From positions 1-38,714 of the forward strand of contig CAZIIE010000003.1 in assembly GCA_964539375.1 (NCBI GenBank): 38,714 bases of DNA. Direction: 5' to 3'. The notes under the pieces were generated by a model that was given only the letters and a program-made list of their open reading frames with translations, made no database searches and was not told where the DNA came from. Shown here in pieces: positions 1 through 10,185 of this stretch. This DNA comes from an uncultured Nitrospirota bacterium (GTDB taxonomy: Bacteria > Nitrospirota > Thermodesulfovibrionia > Thermodesulfovibrionales > JdFR-85). Numbering within the stretch: position 1 is the stretch's first letter; the number at the start of each line of letters is the position of its first letter. The position numbers and the translations under genes are program-made.

Positions 1-37
1 GCCAGCCGCCTTAAGATTGAACCTGAATAAGCTAAAC

Positions 38-1426
38 TTAGAAGCTCAGCTGGATGCCGTTACGGACTGAGTACATATCGTCTGAGCTGCCATCAGGATG
101 ATTGTAAGCATCACCAACTGCCATGTAACCAGCTTCAATCCAGTACTTCAGGTTTCTGTCAACATTATAGGTGACCTTACCGTCAAACTCCCAGCCGAGG
201 TCATCATCAGCTGTATCGCCATTTATTGAAACATCCTCATTAGCCTTGAGCCAGTGGATTGAGCCTTTCAGACCAAGGTCCTTTGAGAGCTTGGTGGAGG
301 CATAAAGGGATATCCTCTGAAGGTTTGATACACCAGGACCACCAAGAAGGCTTGCTGTGTCTGAAGACCTGTAGCCATAGACATAGGTGCCGTACTGGGT
401 TGCACTGAGGGAAGTGACAAAGAAGTCAAGGTCAGTGTCGCCAGTGTCATCATCGCCGCTACCATAAACATACTCAAGGCCAAGGTTAACATTTCCGAGC
501 TTTGCATCGGCACCAATCATGAAGGCATAGCCCTTCCAGTCACAGTCCTCACCAGCTGGGCATATGTAACCATTTGATTTATCAAGGCTACCTGTCTGAA
601 GCTCAAGGTCGCCCTTTAAGGTAAAGCCAGCAACATTAATATCACCTCTTAAACCAATGTTCCAGAGGTGTACTGCATCACCGAGGGAATCTGCAAGAGC
701 ATTAACATAGTAACCTTGCTGGTCATCCACATAGGTCACATCACCGCCAACATTGAAGTTGTCACCCTTGTAGTTGGCAAGAAAGACATAGGCATTGGCA
801 TCGTCATTACTTGTGCTTGAACCTTCATTGAACTTGGCAAGAACACCTGCCCAGTGGATGTTGCTTGTTGAGCCGTAGATGACGATTGCATCGTCACCCT
901 CTTTTGTGTGGTCAAAGAAAAGCTTGTTTCCAAGGGCAAGAGGCATGTGACCGAGCTTAAGGCCAACATTGCCAAAGTTGTGATTAATCCATGCCTCAAT
1001 TATGTTTACTTCATCAGAATCCCAGTAGTTACCTACCTGATAAACACCCTTTGCGTTGTCAGATGAATCAACGCCTTCTCCCCAGGTGCTGTCTTCTTCA
1101 ATATGAACCCTTGCACTTGTGTTGTCTGTTACCTTTACATCCAGTTTGAGCCTTACCCTCTGGTCAATTACTGCTTTGTGGTCGTCATATATTGCTTCAT
1201 AATCACCTTCGTCATGAGTATCAGCCTTTCCATCATCAAGCTGGTCATTAAGGTTCTTTGCAAACTCACCCCTGAACCTTATGTCACCGCCTATGGTTAT
1301 CTGTGTCTGTCCCTTTGCTATTACTGCCTGTGACTCTGCTGGAATCTCAGCATGGATTGCAAAAGCAGTTGCTGCAAGACCCAAAACGAATAAAATGGCT
1401 AAAATTATTGCTCCGTATCTCTTCAA
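38..1426 (-). CDS. Outer-membrane beta-barrel porin-like protein (462 aa, TTG start)
   Basis: Full ORF. Signal peptide MKRYGAIILAILFVLGLAATAFA/IHAE. D/G/N/Y-rich composition. C-terminal ...GIQLSF with the terminal Phe typical of OMP barrels. GGAGGG SD just upstream of TTG at 1426. Confidence 0.6.
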   Translation of the reverse strand: MKRYGAIILAILFVLGLAATAFAIHAEIPAESQAVIAKGQTQITIGGDIRFRGEFAKNLNDQLDDGKADTHDEGDYEAIYDDHKAVIDQRVRLKLDVKVTDNTSARVHIEEDSTWGEGVDSSDNAKGVYQVGNYWDSDEVNIIEAWINHNFGNVGLKLGHMPLALGNKLFFDHTKEGDDAIVIYGSTSNIHWAGVLAKFNEGSSTSNDDANAYVFLANYKGDNFNVGGDVTYVDDQQGYYVNALADSLGDAVHLWNIGLRGDINVAGFTLKGDLELQTGSLDKSNGYICPAGEDCDWKGYAFMIGADAKLGNVNLGLEYVYGSGDDDTGDTDLDFFVTSLSATQYGTYVYGYRSSDTASLLGGPGVSNLQRISLYASTKLSKDLGLKGSIHWLKANEDVSINGDTADDDLGWEFDGKVTYNVDRNLKYWIEAGYMAVGDAYNHPDGSSDDMYSVRNGIQLSF

Positions 1427-1631
1427 TTCCTAACCCTCCTTCAGGTTAGCGTTTGACCCTGTAAAACAGGGTTTGGGTAAACCGGTATGCTGCAAAAACT
1501 TCACAACCTTTCTCTCTTCTTTCTATCACCTCCCCACATCTCTGGGATTTAAAGGGTTATTAATCTGTCTTCTTATTCTCTCCGGGTAAGAAGACAATCT
1601 AACTGGTTCCCCGCTAAAAGTGAAGTTGCTC

Positions 1632-1662
1632 ATTATATAGCATTTCCTGTTGCTTTTGTCAA
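1632..1662 (-). promoter_or_regulatory. Sigma70-type promoter for the porin gene (-35 TTGACA, 17-nt spacer, -10 TATATA/TATAAT)
   Basis: The minus strand reads TTGACA (1657-1662), 17 nt, TATATAAT (1632-1639). This implies a leader of about 200 nt to the start at 1426. The leader holds hairpins at 1567-1595 (9-bp stem GTCTTCTTA/TAAGAAGAC) and 1456-1472. Confidence 0.45.
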
Positions 1663-1947
1663 GCCTGTTTTCAATGTATATCAAAATATACAAAACTCTG
1701 ACTTATCAGATATAGCAAATATCAGGCCAGTTTTTTTGAGGTTATTTTAATTGCCATCCCGAGCAAACCATTATCCCTTTGCTTAAAACAAAAAGTTCAA
1801 TGAAATCAAAATATTAAAGCTTGCCAGCTCATGCAAAGGGTAAAAATAAAGAGATAAATTAACCAATTTATAACTGGATTTTCATGGTTTAAACATTGCA
1901 AACTGTATCAAAAATGCCACAGTGTTGTATAAAAAACACATAATTCA

Positions 1948-1985
1948 TTTCAGATTTCAGATTTGTGATTTTAGATTTCAGGATT
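1948..1985. repeat. Short-period intergenic repeat, module A in reverse orientation (AGATTTC-type 7-mers)
   Basis: tttcagatttcagatttgtgattttagatttcaggatt. Its reverse complement aatcctgaaatctaaaatcacaaatctgaaatctg resembles the A modules at 8438, 10077 and 37463. It lies directly 3' of the vapC stop. Confidence 0.6.
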
Positions 1986-1991
1986 GTTATG

Positions 1992-2453
1992 CTAAGTAAG
2001 ATGATGGGATATGTCTGATAATAATACTATGTTTCCAGAATTTTTAACCTTTGCAAAGTGCTTCCTGTCGTTTGTTATAAAGACTGCATCATTCAATAGG
2101 GCCAGGGCATGATAGAGGCAGTCAGTAAACTCAGGATAGCCACTTTTTTTATTGCCCTGTCGTGCCATTTTGATTGCCTGGAGACGAACTCTTGATGTTG
2201 GAATAACTACTTTTAAGAATCCTTCGTATATCAATTTTTCAAGAAAATGAAGGTGTGATGATATCTTATCAATATGATTAAGGTTTCCACATAAAACCTC
2301 TGTGATTTCATCCAGTGCAAGAGATGGTATGATAAGTTCGTGTTTCCCTTTAATTGCCTGTGAGATAAGTCCTATAGCAATATCTTTAAATTTTCTGTTA
2401 AAAATGTATTCAAGGAAAACATTGGCATCAAGGACATATTTTTTATTTTCCAT
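1992..2453 (-). CDS. vapC: PIN-domain toxin (VapC-like), 153 aa
   Basis: N-terminal YVLDANVFLEY with the conserved Asp, later LDEITEV and ITNDRKHF acidic positions. Overlaps the upstream antitoxin gene by 11 nt. Confidence 0.75.
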   Translation of the reverse strand: MENKKYVLDANVFLEYIFNRKFKDIAIGLISQAIKGKHELIIPSLALDEITEVLCGNLNHIDKISSHLHFLEKLIYEGFLKVVIPTSRVRLQAIKMARQGNKKSGYPEFTDCLYHALALLNDAVFITNDRKHFAKVKNSGNIVLLSDISHHLT

Positions 2454-2739
2454 ATCTTGCTTTGGCTTTTTTTGCTTTCTTTTTTCTGAGATTTCTTAAG
2501 ATATCTGTTGGCTCTTCCTGAATTTCAATAGCAGGCAGGCTTGTAAGTTCATTTAGTAACTTTTTTTGAATGGGCGTTAGATTATTTTCTGAAGTATCTT
2601 CCTTTGTTTCTAAGGGCACAATTTTAGCTAAGGCCTTTCCTTTTCTTTCAATAATAATGCTCTCACCTTTATAATATACTTCATCAAGCAAAGTTCCAAG
2701 CTGTCTCCTTGCAACTGTTGCATCTACTACTTTTTCCAT
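2443..2739 (-). CDS. Phd/YefM-type antitoxin, 98 aa
   Basis: N-terminus VDATVARRQLGTLLDEVYYKGESIIIERKGKALAKIVPLE is typical of Phd/YefM. Followed by a basic tail. GGAGGA SD. Overlaps the PIN gene. Confidence 0.7.
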   Translation of the reverse strand: MEKVVDATVARRQLGTLLDEVYYKGESIIIERKGKALAKIVPLETKEDTSENNLTPIQKKLLNELTSLPAIEIQEEPTDILRNLRKKKAKKAKARYGK

Positions 2740-2765
2740 AGGTCCTCCATATTATAATAATTATA

Positions 2766-2800
2766 TTAACTATTATAGTTAAAAATAAAAAATAAATCAA
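2766..2800 (-). promoter_or_regulatory. TA-operon promoter with a perfect 8-1-8 palindrome over the -10 (candidate antitoxin operator)
   Basis: On the minus strand: -35 TTGATT (2795-2800), 17-nt spacer, -10 TATAAT (2772-2777). The palindrome TTAACTAT-A-ATAGTTAA (2766-2782) contains the -10 hexamer. Confidence 0.4.
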
Positions 2801-2869
2801 AATTTAGACATTGCTATTCCTTCATATAAGTTGCTACTACCCCCTGCCTTTTATGTTAGAATGTCCTTT

Positions 2870-3919
2870 ATGATTGTAAGACGATACATACTTTCTGAGC
2901 TTTTTGAGACCTTTTTAATAGCCCTTTTCGGGCTTAATCTTACCCTTATGATGGAGAAGCTGATTAAATTGAGCAGGCTTTTAAGTAGCCTTGGTGCCAC
3001 ATTGATGGACTTTCTTAAGGTTGTGGTGCTCATTCAACCCCAGCTCATGCTTTTAAGCCTGCCGATGTCCTTTATGCTTTCTGTGCTGATTACCTACGGC
3101 AGGCTTGGCATTGATAACGAGATTATGGTGATGAGGGTTTCAGGCCTCAGGAAAAGAAGGCTTTATGAGCCTGTGTTTTTCTTTTCAGCCATTGTGCTTC
3201 TTTTTAGCTTCCTTGTAAGCCTCTATCTGATGCCAAGGGCATTGAGAAATCTCAGAGAGGATGTGAACAGGCTTGTGAACAGGCGAGCTCCCCTTGCTAT
3301 TGAGCCTGGCCTGTTTTTTGACCTTTTCAAAGGGCTGACCCTTCTCGTAAGGGAAAGGGATGGCCAGAGCTTCAAGGAAGTGCTTATCTATGATGAAAGG
3401 GAGGGGAATCATCCAAAGGTTATCACAGCAAAAGTAGCCAGCCTGGTGCCAGCCGAAGAGGGTATAATCTTCAGGTTAAAGGATGGACAGGTGCACATTG
3501 CATCAAAGGCAGAGTCAACCGAGATTGACTTTGAAGAGTACAGCTTCAGGATAGCCCTTTCAGGGCAGCTCCTTTCAAAAAGAAAAAACGAGATGACCCC
3601 GTTAGAGTTGATTGAGGCAATAAGGGCAGGAAGAAAGAAGACAGAGGAATACTACATTGAGCTTTACAGGAGAATCACCTTCCCCCTTTTAGTGTTAGTC
3701 ACTGCCTTTCTTGCGCCATCCCTTTCACTTATCTCAGGCAGGTCAGGAAGGGTGGGTGGTTTTTTTATAGCCATTACCCTTTTTCTATTTTATTACACCA
3801 TGCTTGTTTATTTTGAAAATCTGGTAAGAAACGGTAGTATTACCCATCTTGCCTGTCTTCTGCCCTTTTTGGTCTTCCTCATTGGGGCTATCTTTTTATA
3901 CAGGAGGGTTGATGAATAG
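2870..3919 (+). CDS. lptF: LPS export permease LptF (YjgP/YjgQ family)
   Basis: About 350 aa, multi-TM ends with a central periplasmic domain, followed by a paralogous gene. Start chosen at ATG 2870 (MIVRRYILSELF). ATG 2861 and TTG 2831 are alternatives. Confidence 0.8.
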   Translation: MIVRRYILSELFETFLIALFGLNLTLMMEKLIKLSRLLSSLGATLMDFLKVVVLIQPQLMLLSLPMSFMLSVLITYGRLGIDNEIMVMRVSGLRKRRLYEPVFFFSAIVLLFSFLVSLYLMPRALRNLREDVNRLVNRRAPLAIEPGLFFDLFKGLTLLVRERDGQSFKEVLIYDEREGNHPKVITAKVASLVPAEEGIIFRLKDGQVHIASKAESTEIDFEEYSFRIALSGQLLSKRKNEMTPLELIEAIRAGRKKTEEYYIELYRRITFPLLVLVTAFLAPSLSLISGRSGRVGGFFIAITLFLFYYTMLVYFENLVRNGSITHLACLLPFLVFLIGAIFLYRRVDE

Positions 3920-4973
3920 GCTCCAGAGGCTCTATATGAGGGAGTTGGTGATGCTTTTTTTCTCCCTTCTTGTAGCCCTTTCAATACTGTTTTCTGCTGT
4001 TTCGGTGATTGAAAACCTTGACGAGCTTGCCAGGGCAGGGCTGAAGGGCAGGGCGATACTGGTTTATGCCCTTTTAAGGGTGCCCGAGTTTATGAAGTAT
4101 CTCTTTCCAATGGGGCTTCTCCTTTCAGTTATCTTTGTCTTTAGCCTTGCCTCAAGGAGAAGGGAGATCACCATACTTAAGGCCTCAGGACAGAACCTGA
4201 AGCTGTTTTTTCTCCCCTTTCTTATTTTCAGTCTGCTAACTGTTGTGGCAAACATCCTGATTGCTGAGGCCCTTACACCTTACTGCCTTGACAGCTTGAG
4301 GTCCCTTATGAGGGAAAACAAAGGAGCAGAGCTTATAAGAAGTGGAAAAAATGGTTTCTGGCTTAAGGGAAGGGATGGCTCAATAGTGCATGCCAGGGTA
4401 TTCTTTCCTGAAAGGGCACTTCTTAAGGGTGTATCGGTATTTTACCTTGAGGGTGGAAGACTTAAAGAAAGGCTTGAGGCAGAATCTGCCCTTTGGAAGG
4501 ACAATGACCTTATACTTAAGGATGTCTGGATTTACAGGCTGATTGAGGATAAAACAGAGTATGCCGAAAGTTACAGTATCAGCGATGCCTACAGCAATGA
4601 GCTCATAGGTTTTGAGAAAAAGAGACTTGAAGATATGGGTGTTATAGACCTTATGAGATACAATCGTTCACTGAAAGAGGCAGGCTACAGGAATATAAAA
4701 CTTGAGGTTGATATTCACTCAAGGCTTTCCTATCCGATTACAAACATCTTTATGTTTTTCATTGGGCTTGTTGTTTCCCTGAAAAGCCAGAAGGGCAGAG
4801 GGATTGTCAGTGCAGGAGTGGGTGTGCTGCTTAGCCTTGTTTACTGGTTTATGTTCAGCCTTTTCCTCTCCCTTGGTTATGCATCAGTGCTTCATCCTGT
4901 TTTGGCAGGCTGGATAGTTCCTGTTACAGGACTTGCCTTGGGTCTTTACGGCTTTTATAGGCTTCCTTCATAG
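3912..4973 (+). CDS. lptG: LPS export permease LptG (YjgP/YjgQ family)
   Basis: Paralog of the preceding gene. Start taken at ATG 3912 (MNRLQRLYMRELV), overlapping the lptF stop by 8 nt. The track start at 3849 is an in-frame extension. Confidence 0.8.
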   Translation: MNRLQRLYMRELVMLFFSLLVALSILFSAVSVIENLDELARAGLKGRAILVYALLRVPEFMKYLFPMGLLLSVIFVFSLASRRREITILKASGQNLKLFFLPFLIFSLLTVVANILIAEALTPYCLDSLRSLMRENKGAELIRSGKNGFWLKGRDGSIVHARVFFPERALLKGVSVFYLEGGRLKERLEAESALWKDNDLILKDVWIYRLIEDKTEYAESYSISDAYSNELIGFEKKRLEDMGVIDLMRYNRSLKEAGYRNIKLEVDIHSRLSYPITNIFMFFIGLVVSLKSQKGRGIVSAGVGVLLSLVYWFMFSLFLSLGYASVLHPVLAGWIVPVTGLALGLYGFYRLPS

Positions 4974-4991
4974 TAAAGGCTATCCAGTGCC

Positions 4992-5834
4992 TCAGTAAAG
5001 CTCCACCTCCTTTCTGTATTGTTTTAAAAGACCTCTGGTTATGGTAAAATCTTTGAAACCCTTTGATTCAATCTCGCAGACAGGCACTATCTCCAAAAGG
5101 GAGTTTGTTATAAACACCTCATCTGCCTCAAGGAGTTGCTCTTTCCTGTAAAGGCCCTCCTCCACCTCAATTCCCATGGATTTGGCAATCTCCAGGACCT
5201 TACCACGGGTGATGCCCTTAAGAATGCCAGATTCAACCGATGGGGTGTGCAGCCTTCCCCTTTTTATGAAGAACAGATTACTCACCGTGCCCTCGGTGAT
5301 AAAGCCATCGCTGTTAAGAAGGATGCCTTCAAAAAGCCCTCTGTCTGAGACCTCAAGCCGTGAAAGGATGTTATTGAGAAAGCTTATTGATTTGATATCA
5401 TAATCTTCAGGTAGTCTTGTGTTTTTTCTTTCAAGAAAGCCGACCCTTACCCCCCTTTTGTAAATTTCCTCTGATGGGGCTTCATAGGCTCTGGTGATGA
5501 TGAGTAAAGTGGGCTCACTACAGCCATCAATCTCAATGCCTCTTCCACCAGTTCCTCGGCTCAGGGTGATGCGTATGTAGGCCTCTTTTAGATTGTTCAT
5601 CTCAAGCAGTCTTTCCACAATGGAGACCATCTCAAGGGGGGACTCATTCAGGGTAATTCTGAGCTTCTGAGCAGCCCTTGAGAGCCTTTCAAGGTGTTCA
5701 CTGACCAGAAAAGGTTTGCCATTGTAAGCCCTCAGGGTCTCAAATACCCCGTCACCAAGAAGGAAACCCCTGTCGTTTATAGAGATCCGCGCATCTTTTT
5801 CCCTTATTATGTTACCGTTAAGATAGATGTACAT
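4992..5834 (-). CDS. Class IV (fold type IV) PLP aminotransferase, IlvE/Dat/PabC family, 280 aa
   Basis: DRGFLLGDGVFETLRAY, EHLERLSRAA and the length fit the BCAT / D-aminotransferase / ADC-lyase family. The subfamily cannot be decided by eye. Confidence 0.75.
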   Translation of the reverse strand: MYIYLNGNIIREKDARISINDRGFLLGDGVFETLRAYNGKPFLVSEHLERLSRAAQKLRITLNESPLEMVSIVERLLEMNNLKEAYIRITLSRGTGGRGIEIDGCSEPTLLIITRAYEAPSEEIYKRGVRVGFLERKNTRLPEDYDIKSISFLNNILSRLEVSDRGLFEGILLNSDGFITEGTVSNLFFIKRGRLHTPSVESGILKGITRGKVLEIAKSMGIEVEEGLYRKEQLLEADEVFITNSLLEIVPVCEIESKGFKDFTITRGLLKQYRKEVELY

Positions 5835-5870
5835 TAAATAATTATATCAAAAAATCTCTCTCTATCAAAC

Positions 5871-5909
5871 CCAATACACCACTACACCAATATACCAATA
5901 ACCAACCTC
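5871..5909. repeat. Intergenic repeat, module C (ACACCA/ATACCAAT units)
   Basis: Contains ACACCACTACACCAATATACCAATA (5877-5901), identical to 8591-8615. Confidence 0.7.
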
Positions 5910-5947
5910 TATTTGTTATTTCTATTGATTATATGTTAAATTTCTAT

Positions 5948-6970
5948 ATGTCTGAAAGGAGGCTGAGGTTAACAGAGAAGGTAAAGGCTGCAGGCTGAGC
6001 TGGCAAGCTTGGTCCAGCGGAGCTGGACAGCCTTATTGCCTCCTTGAAGAGTTCGCCTGAAAGTGGCGTAATAGTGCCACCTGGTGATGACGCAGGGGTG
6101 CGGCTTGTTGATGAGGAGCAAGCCCTTGTGGAGACCGTTGATGTTATAACACCTCTGGTGGATACACCCTATCTTTTTGGAAGGATAGCTGCTGCTAACT
6201 CACTGAGTGATATCTACGCAATGGGTGGAAGGCCCTTTACTGCCCTTTCTATACTGGGCTACCCCTCCTGTGATTATCCGGTTGAGGTTATAAAAGAGAT
6301 AATTGAAGGGGCAAACCATACCCTTAAAGAGGCAGGGGTTAGTCTGCTTGGTGGACACTGTTTTGAGGACACAGAGATAAAGTTTGGTCTTTCTGTAAGT
6401 GGATTTATTAACAGGGATTTTATACTGAGGGTAAACACACCCAGAGAGGGCAACATCCTTGTACTTACAAAGCCTGTTGGCACAGGCGTGTTGACCACTG
6501 CGCTTAAAGGGGAAAGGGTAGGTGAGGATGATTTAAAGGAGGTTATCACCTCAATGTGCATGCTTAATAACAGGGCATCTGAGGCTGCATTAAAGGCAGG
6601 GGCTACAGCCTGCACTGACCTTACAGGTTTTGGACTGCTTGGGCATGCCTCTAATATGTTGAGCTCTGGAGGGCTTGACCTGGAGATAGACTCAAAAAGA
6701 GTGCCCCTTTTTGAGGGGGTTATGGATTTTGCTGAAAGGGGAATGATTCCTGAAGGGGCTTACAGAAACAGACAGTTTTATTCAGAGCGTGTCCAGTTTG
6801 AAGACACTGTTGATGAGACAATGAGGCTTGTGCTCTTTGACCCCCAGACCTCGGGTGGACTCCTTATAGCCCTGAATGAAGAGAACCTGGACCTGTTTAA
6901 AGCGGAGCTCCTTCAATGCTGGGTAATTGGAAGGTTTAAAGCAGGAAAGGGAAAAATCAGGGTTTTTTAA
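5948..6970 (+). CDS. selD: Selenophosphate synthetase SelD, selenocysteine-containing (in-frame TGA at 5996-5998 = residue 17)
   Basis: The frame of the track ORF (6044..6970) extends upstream to ATG 5948, giving MSERRLRLTEKVKAAG-U-AGKLGPAELD. This matches the E. coli SelD N-terminus [23 protein letters not shown], with U at Cys17 and K at Lys20. The remainder is AIR-synthase-like (GDDAGV, SDIYAMGG, DLTGFGLLGH). Confidence 0.85.
5999..6026 (+). promoter_or_regulatory. Candidate bacterial SECIS hairpin for selD
   Basis: Immediately 3' of the TGA: GCTGG-caagcttggt-CCAGC (5999-6018, loop contains GGU). An alternative hairpin is CCAGC-gga-GCTGG (6014-6026). Confidence 0.4.
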
Positions 6971-7884
6971 ATGCTCAGTAACTTCTGATAAGGATAGTTC
7001 ATTAAATAGTCAAGGAAATCCTCGGCGGCGTAAGAGAGAACCTCATTTTTCTGAGTAATCAGTGTGAACTCCCTCATGAGCTTTTCCTCTTTGAAACTAA
7101 GAAGCTTCAGGGTGCCGAACTTTGCCTCCTTCAGTGCTGCCCACCTTGATATAATGGCAAGCCCCATCCCGTTTTCTACAGCCTGTTTTATTGACTCGGT
7201 GCTTCCAAGAATCAGGGTTATCTTCAAGTTCTGGGTGGTGATACCATGTTTTGAGAGATATTTCTCAATAACCTGCCTTGTGCCAGAGCCCTCCTCTCTG
7301 ATTATCAAGGGTTCGTTGGTGATACTAAAGATAGACACTTCCTTGCGCTTTGCAAGGGGATGCTGGGGGGGAAGAGCAAGGCAGAGCTCGTCCTCAATCA
7401 GTTTTTTGGTTTTAATCTTCTGTCTTGAAACCTCACCCTCAACAAGTCCAATATCAATATTGCCACTGTTTAAAAGCTCCACAACCCTCTTTGTATTTCC
7501 GACCAGAACATGTATCTTTATCTTGGTTCTTGATTTCCTGAAGTCTGAAATCACCCTTGGAAGTAGATAATTGCCGATAGTGGTACTTGCACCTATTGAG
7601 ATACTACCCTTGACAAGGCCCGTCAGCTCACCAATCTCCTTTTCTGCTGAGGCATAAAGACCGAGAATGTGCTTTGCGTATTTGTAAAGGACCTCGCCAG
7701 CTGGGGTAAGGGTAACTGCATTGCTTGAGCGGTCAAAAAGCTTTGTTTCATAGAGCTCTTCAAGGGCCTGTATCTGCAGGCTCACTGCAGGCTGGGTGAG
7801 ATGAATTATCTCAGAAGCCTTTGAAAAACTCCTTGTCTCTGCTACTGTGCAAAAGACCCTTAATTTGTGGTCGTCCAATGACAT
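6967..7884 (-). CDS. LysR-family transcriptional regulator, 305 aa
   Basis: N-terminal wHTH LRVFCTVAETRSFSKASEIIHLTQPAVSLQIQALE plus a LysR substrate-binding domain. Its stop codon overlaps the selD stop (TTAA, 6967-6970). Confidence 0.85.
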   Translation of the reverse strand: MSLDDHKLRVFCTVAETRSFSKASEIIHLTQPAVSLQIQALEELYETKLFDRSSNAVTLTPAGEVLYKYAKHILGLYASAEKEIGELTGLVKGSISIGASTTIGNYLLPRVISDFRKSRTKIKIHVLVGNTKRVVELLNSGNIDIGLVEGEVSRQKIKTKKLIEDELCLALPPQHPLAKRKEVSIFSITNEPLIIREEGSGTRQVIEKYLSKHGITTQNLKITLILGSTESIKQAVENGMGLAIISRWAALKEAKFGTLKLLSFKEEKLMREFTLITQKNEVLSYAAEDFLDYLMNYPYQKLLSI

Positions 7885-8009
7885 GGAAAATTATAACATA
7901 TGCTTATAGGAAAAGAAAAGATTTTAATGTATTTGATTATTATCAGGTATTGGTGTGCTTTTTCAACAGTTTGTTTTCAGGCTTTAAAAAGCTGCGGTGA
8001 TATTTAGGT

Positions 8010-8420
8010 CTATCTCTTCCCAGCAAGCTCTGCAGCCTTGATACGGGTTATTGCTCTCTCAAGGGCGGCCTGGGCACGGGCAAAATCAATATTTTCCTGT
8101 TTTTTTAGCATTTCCTCAGCCCTTCTTAAGGCCTCCTTTGCCCTTTCAACATCAATATCCTCTGCCCTTTCAGCACTGTCAGCAAGCACAAGCACCTTGT
8201 CCTCATAGACCTCTGCATAGCCTGAGTTCACAAATACATAACCTGGCTTGCCGTTCTTTTTATAGACAAGTATGCCTATCTTCAGGGTTGTGATAAAGGG
8301 CACATGGCCAGGAAGGACTCCAAACTCACCTTCAGAGCCAGGTGCTACAACCTCGTCAACTTCATCTTTGAATGCCTGCCCATAAGGGCTGACTACCTCA
8401 AGGGTCAATTTCTCTGCCAT
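8010..8420 (-). CDS. atpC: F1 ATP synthase epsilon subunit
   Basis: 136 aa, LEVVSP...GVLPGHVP motif, last gene of the atp cluster. Confidence 0.9.
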   Translation of the reverse strand: MAEKLTLEVVSPYGQAFKDEVDEVVAPGSEGEFGVLPGHVPFITTLKIGILVYKKNGKPGYVFVNSGYAEVYEDKVLVLADSAERAEDIDVERAKEALRRAEEMLKKQENIDFARAQAALERAITRIKAAELAGKR

Positions 8421-8437
8421 CTATTACACTCCTGATT

Positions 8438-8623
8438 ATAATTTCTAAATTCTAAACTCTAATTTCTAAACAAATCACAAATTCCAATTTTTCAATTTCG
8501 AAAAGCCTTCCTTTTTTCCACTCTACTTAAACCACTGAGAACACTGAGAGCACAAATTAAAACTCTCCATTAACTCAGTGAACGCAACAAACACCACTAC
8601 ACCAATATACCAATATACCAAAT
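8438..8623. repeat. Composite intergenic repeat (modules A-B-C) filling the atpD-atpC spacer
   Basis: A: ATTTCTAA/ATTCTAA 7-mers plus CTAAACAAATCACAAATTCCAA (8466-8487, identical to 10105-10126). B: CCACTGAGAACACTGAGAGCACA (8532-8554). C: ACACCACTACACCAATATACCAATATACC (8591-8619). Confidence 0.8.
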
Positions 8624-8634
8624 ATTTTGCCTTT

Positions 8635-10185
<1,551 letters not shown>

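Noticed and set aside
1676-1691. Small palindromes (GTATAT-caaa-ATATAC; TCTGA-ctta-TCAGA) upstream of the porin promoter
   Set aside because: Short AT-rich palindromes are expected by chance in a 330-nt AT-rich spacer. There is no second copy or known motif to support them.
1897-1920. Sigma54-like TGGCA...TTGCA on the minus strand upstream of the porin gene
   Set aside because: The GG-to-GC spacing is wrong (TTGCA lies about 5 nt too far away). The sigma70 promoter at 1632-1662 is a far better fit.
2831-2869. N-terminal extensions of track ORFs at 2831, 3849, 22432, 34470 and 19415
   Set aside because: In each case an internal ATG with a proper SD, or an overlap with the upstream stop, gives an N-terminus that matches the family. 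The extensions use TTG or similar starts and run into upstream genes or intergenic DNA.
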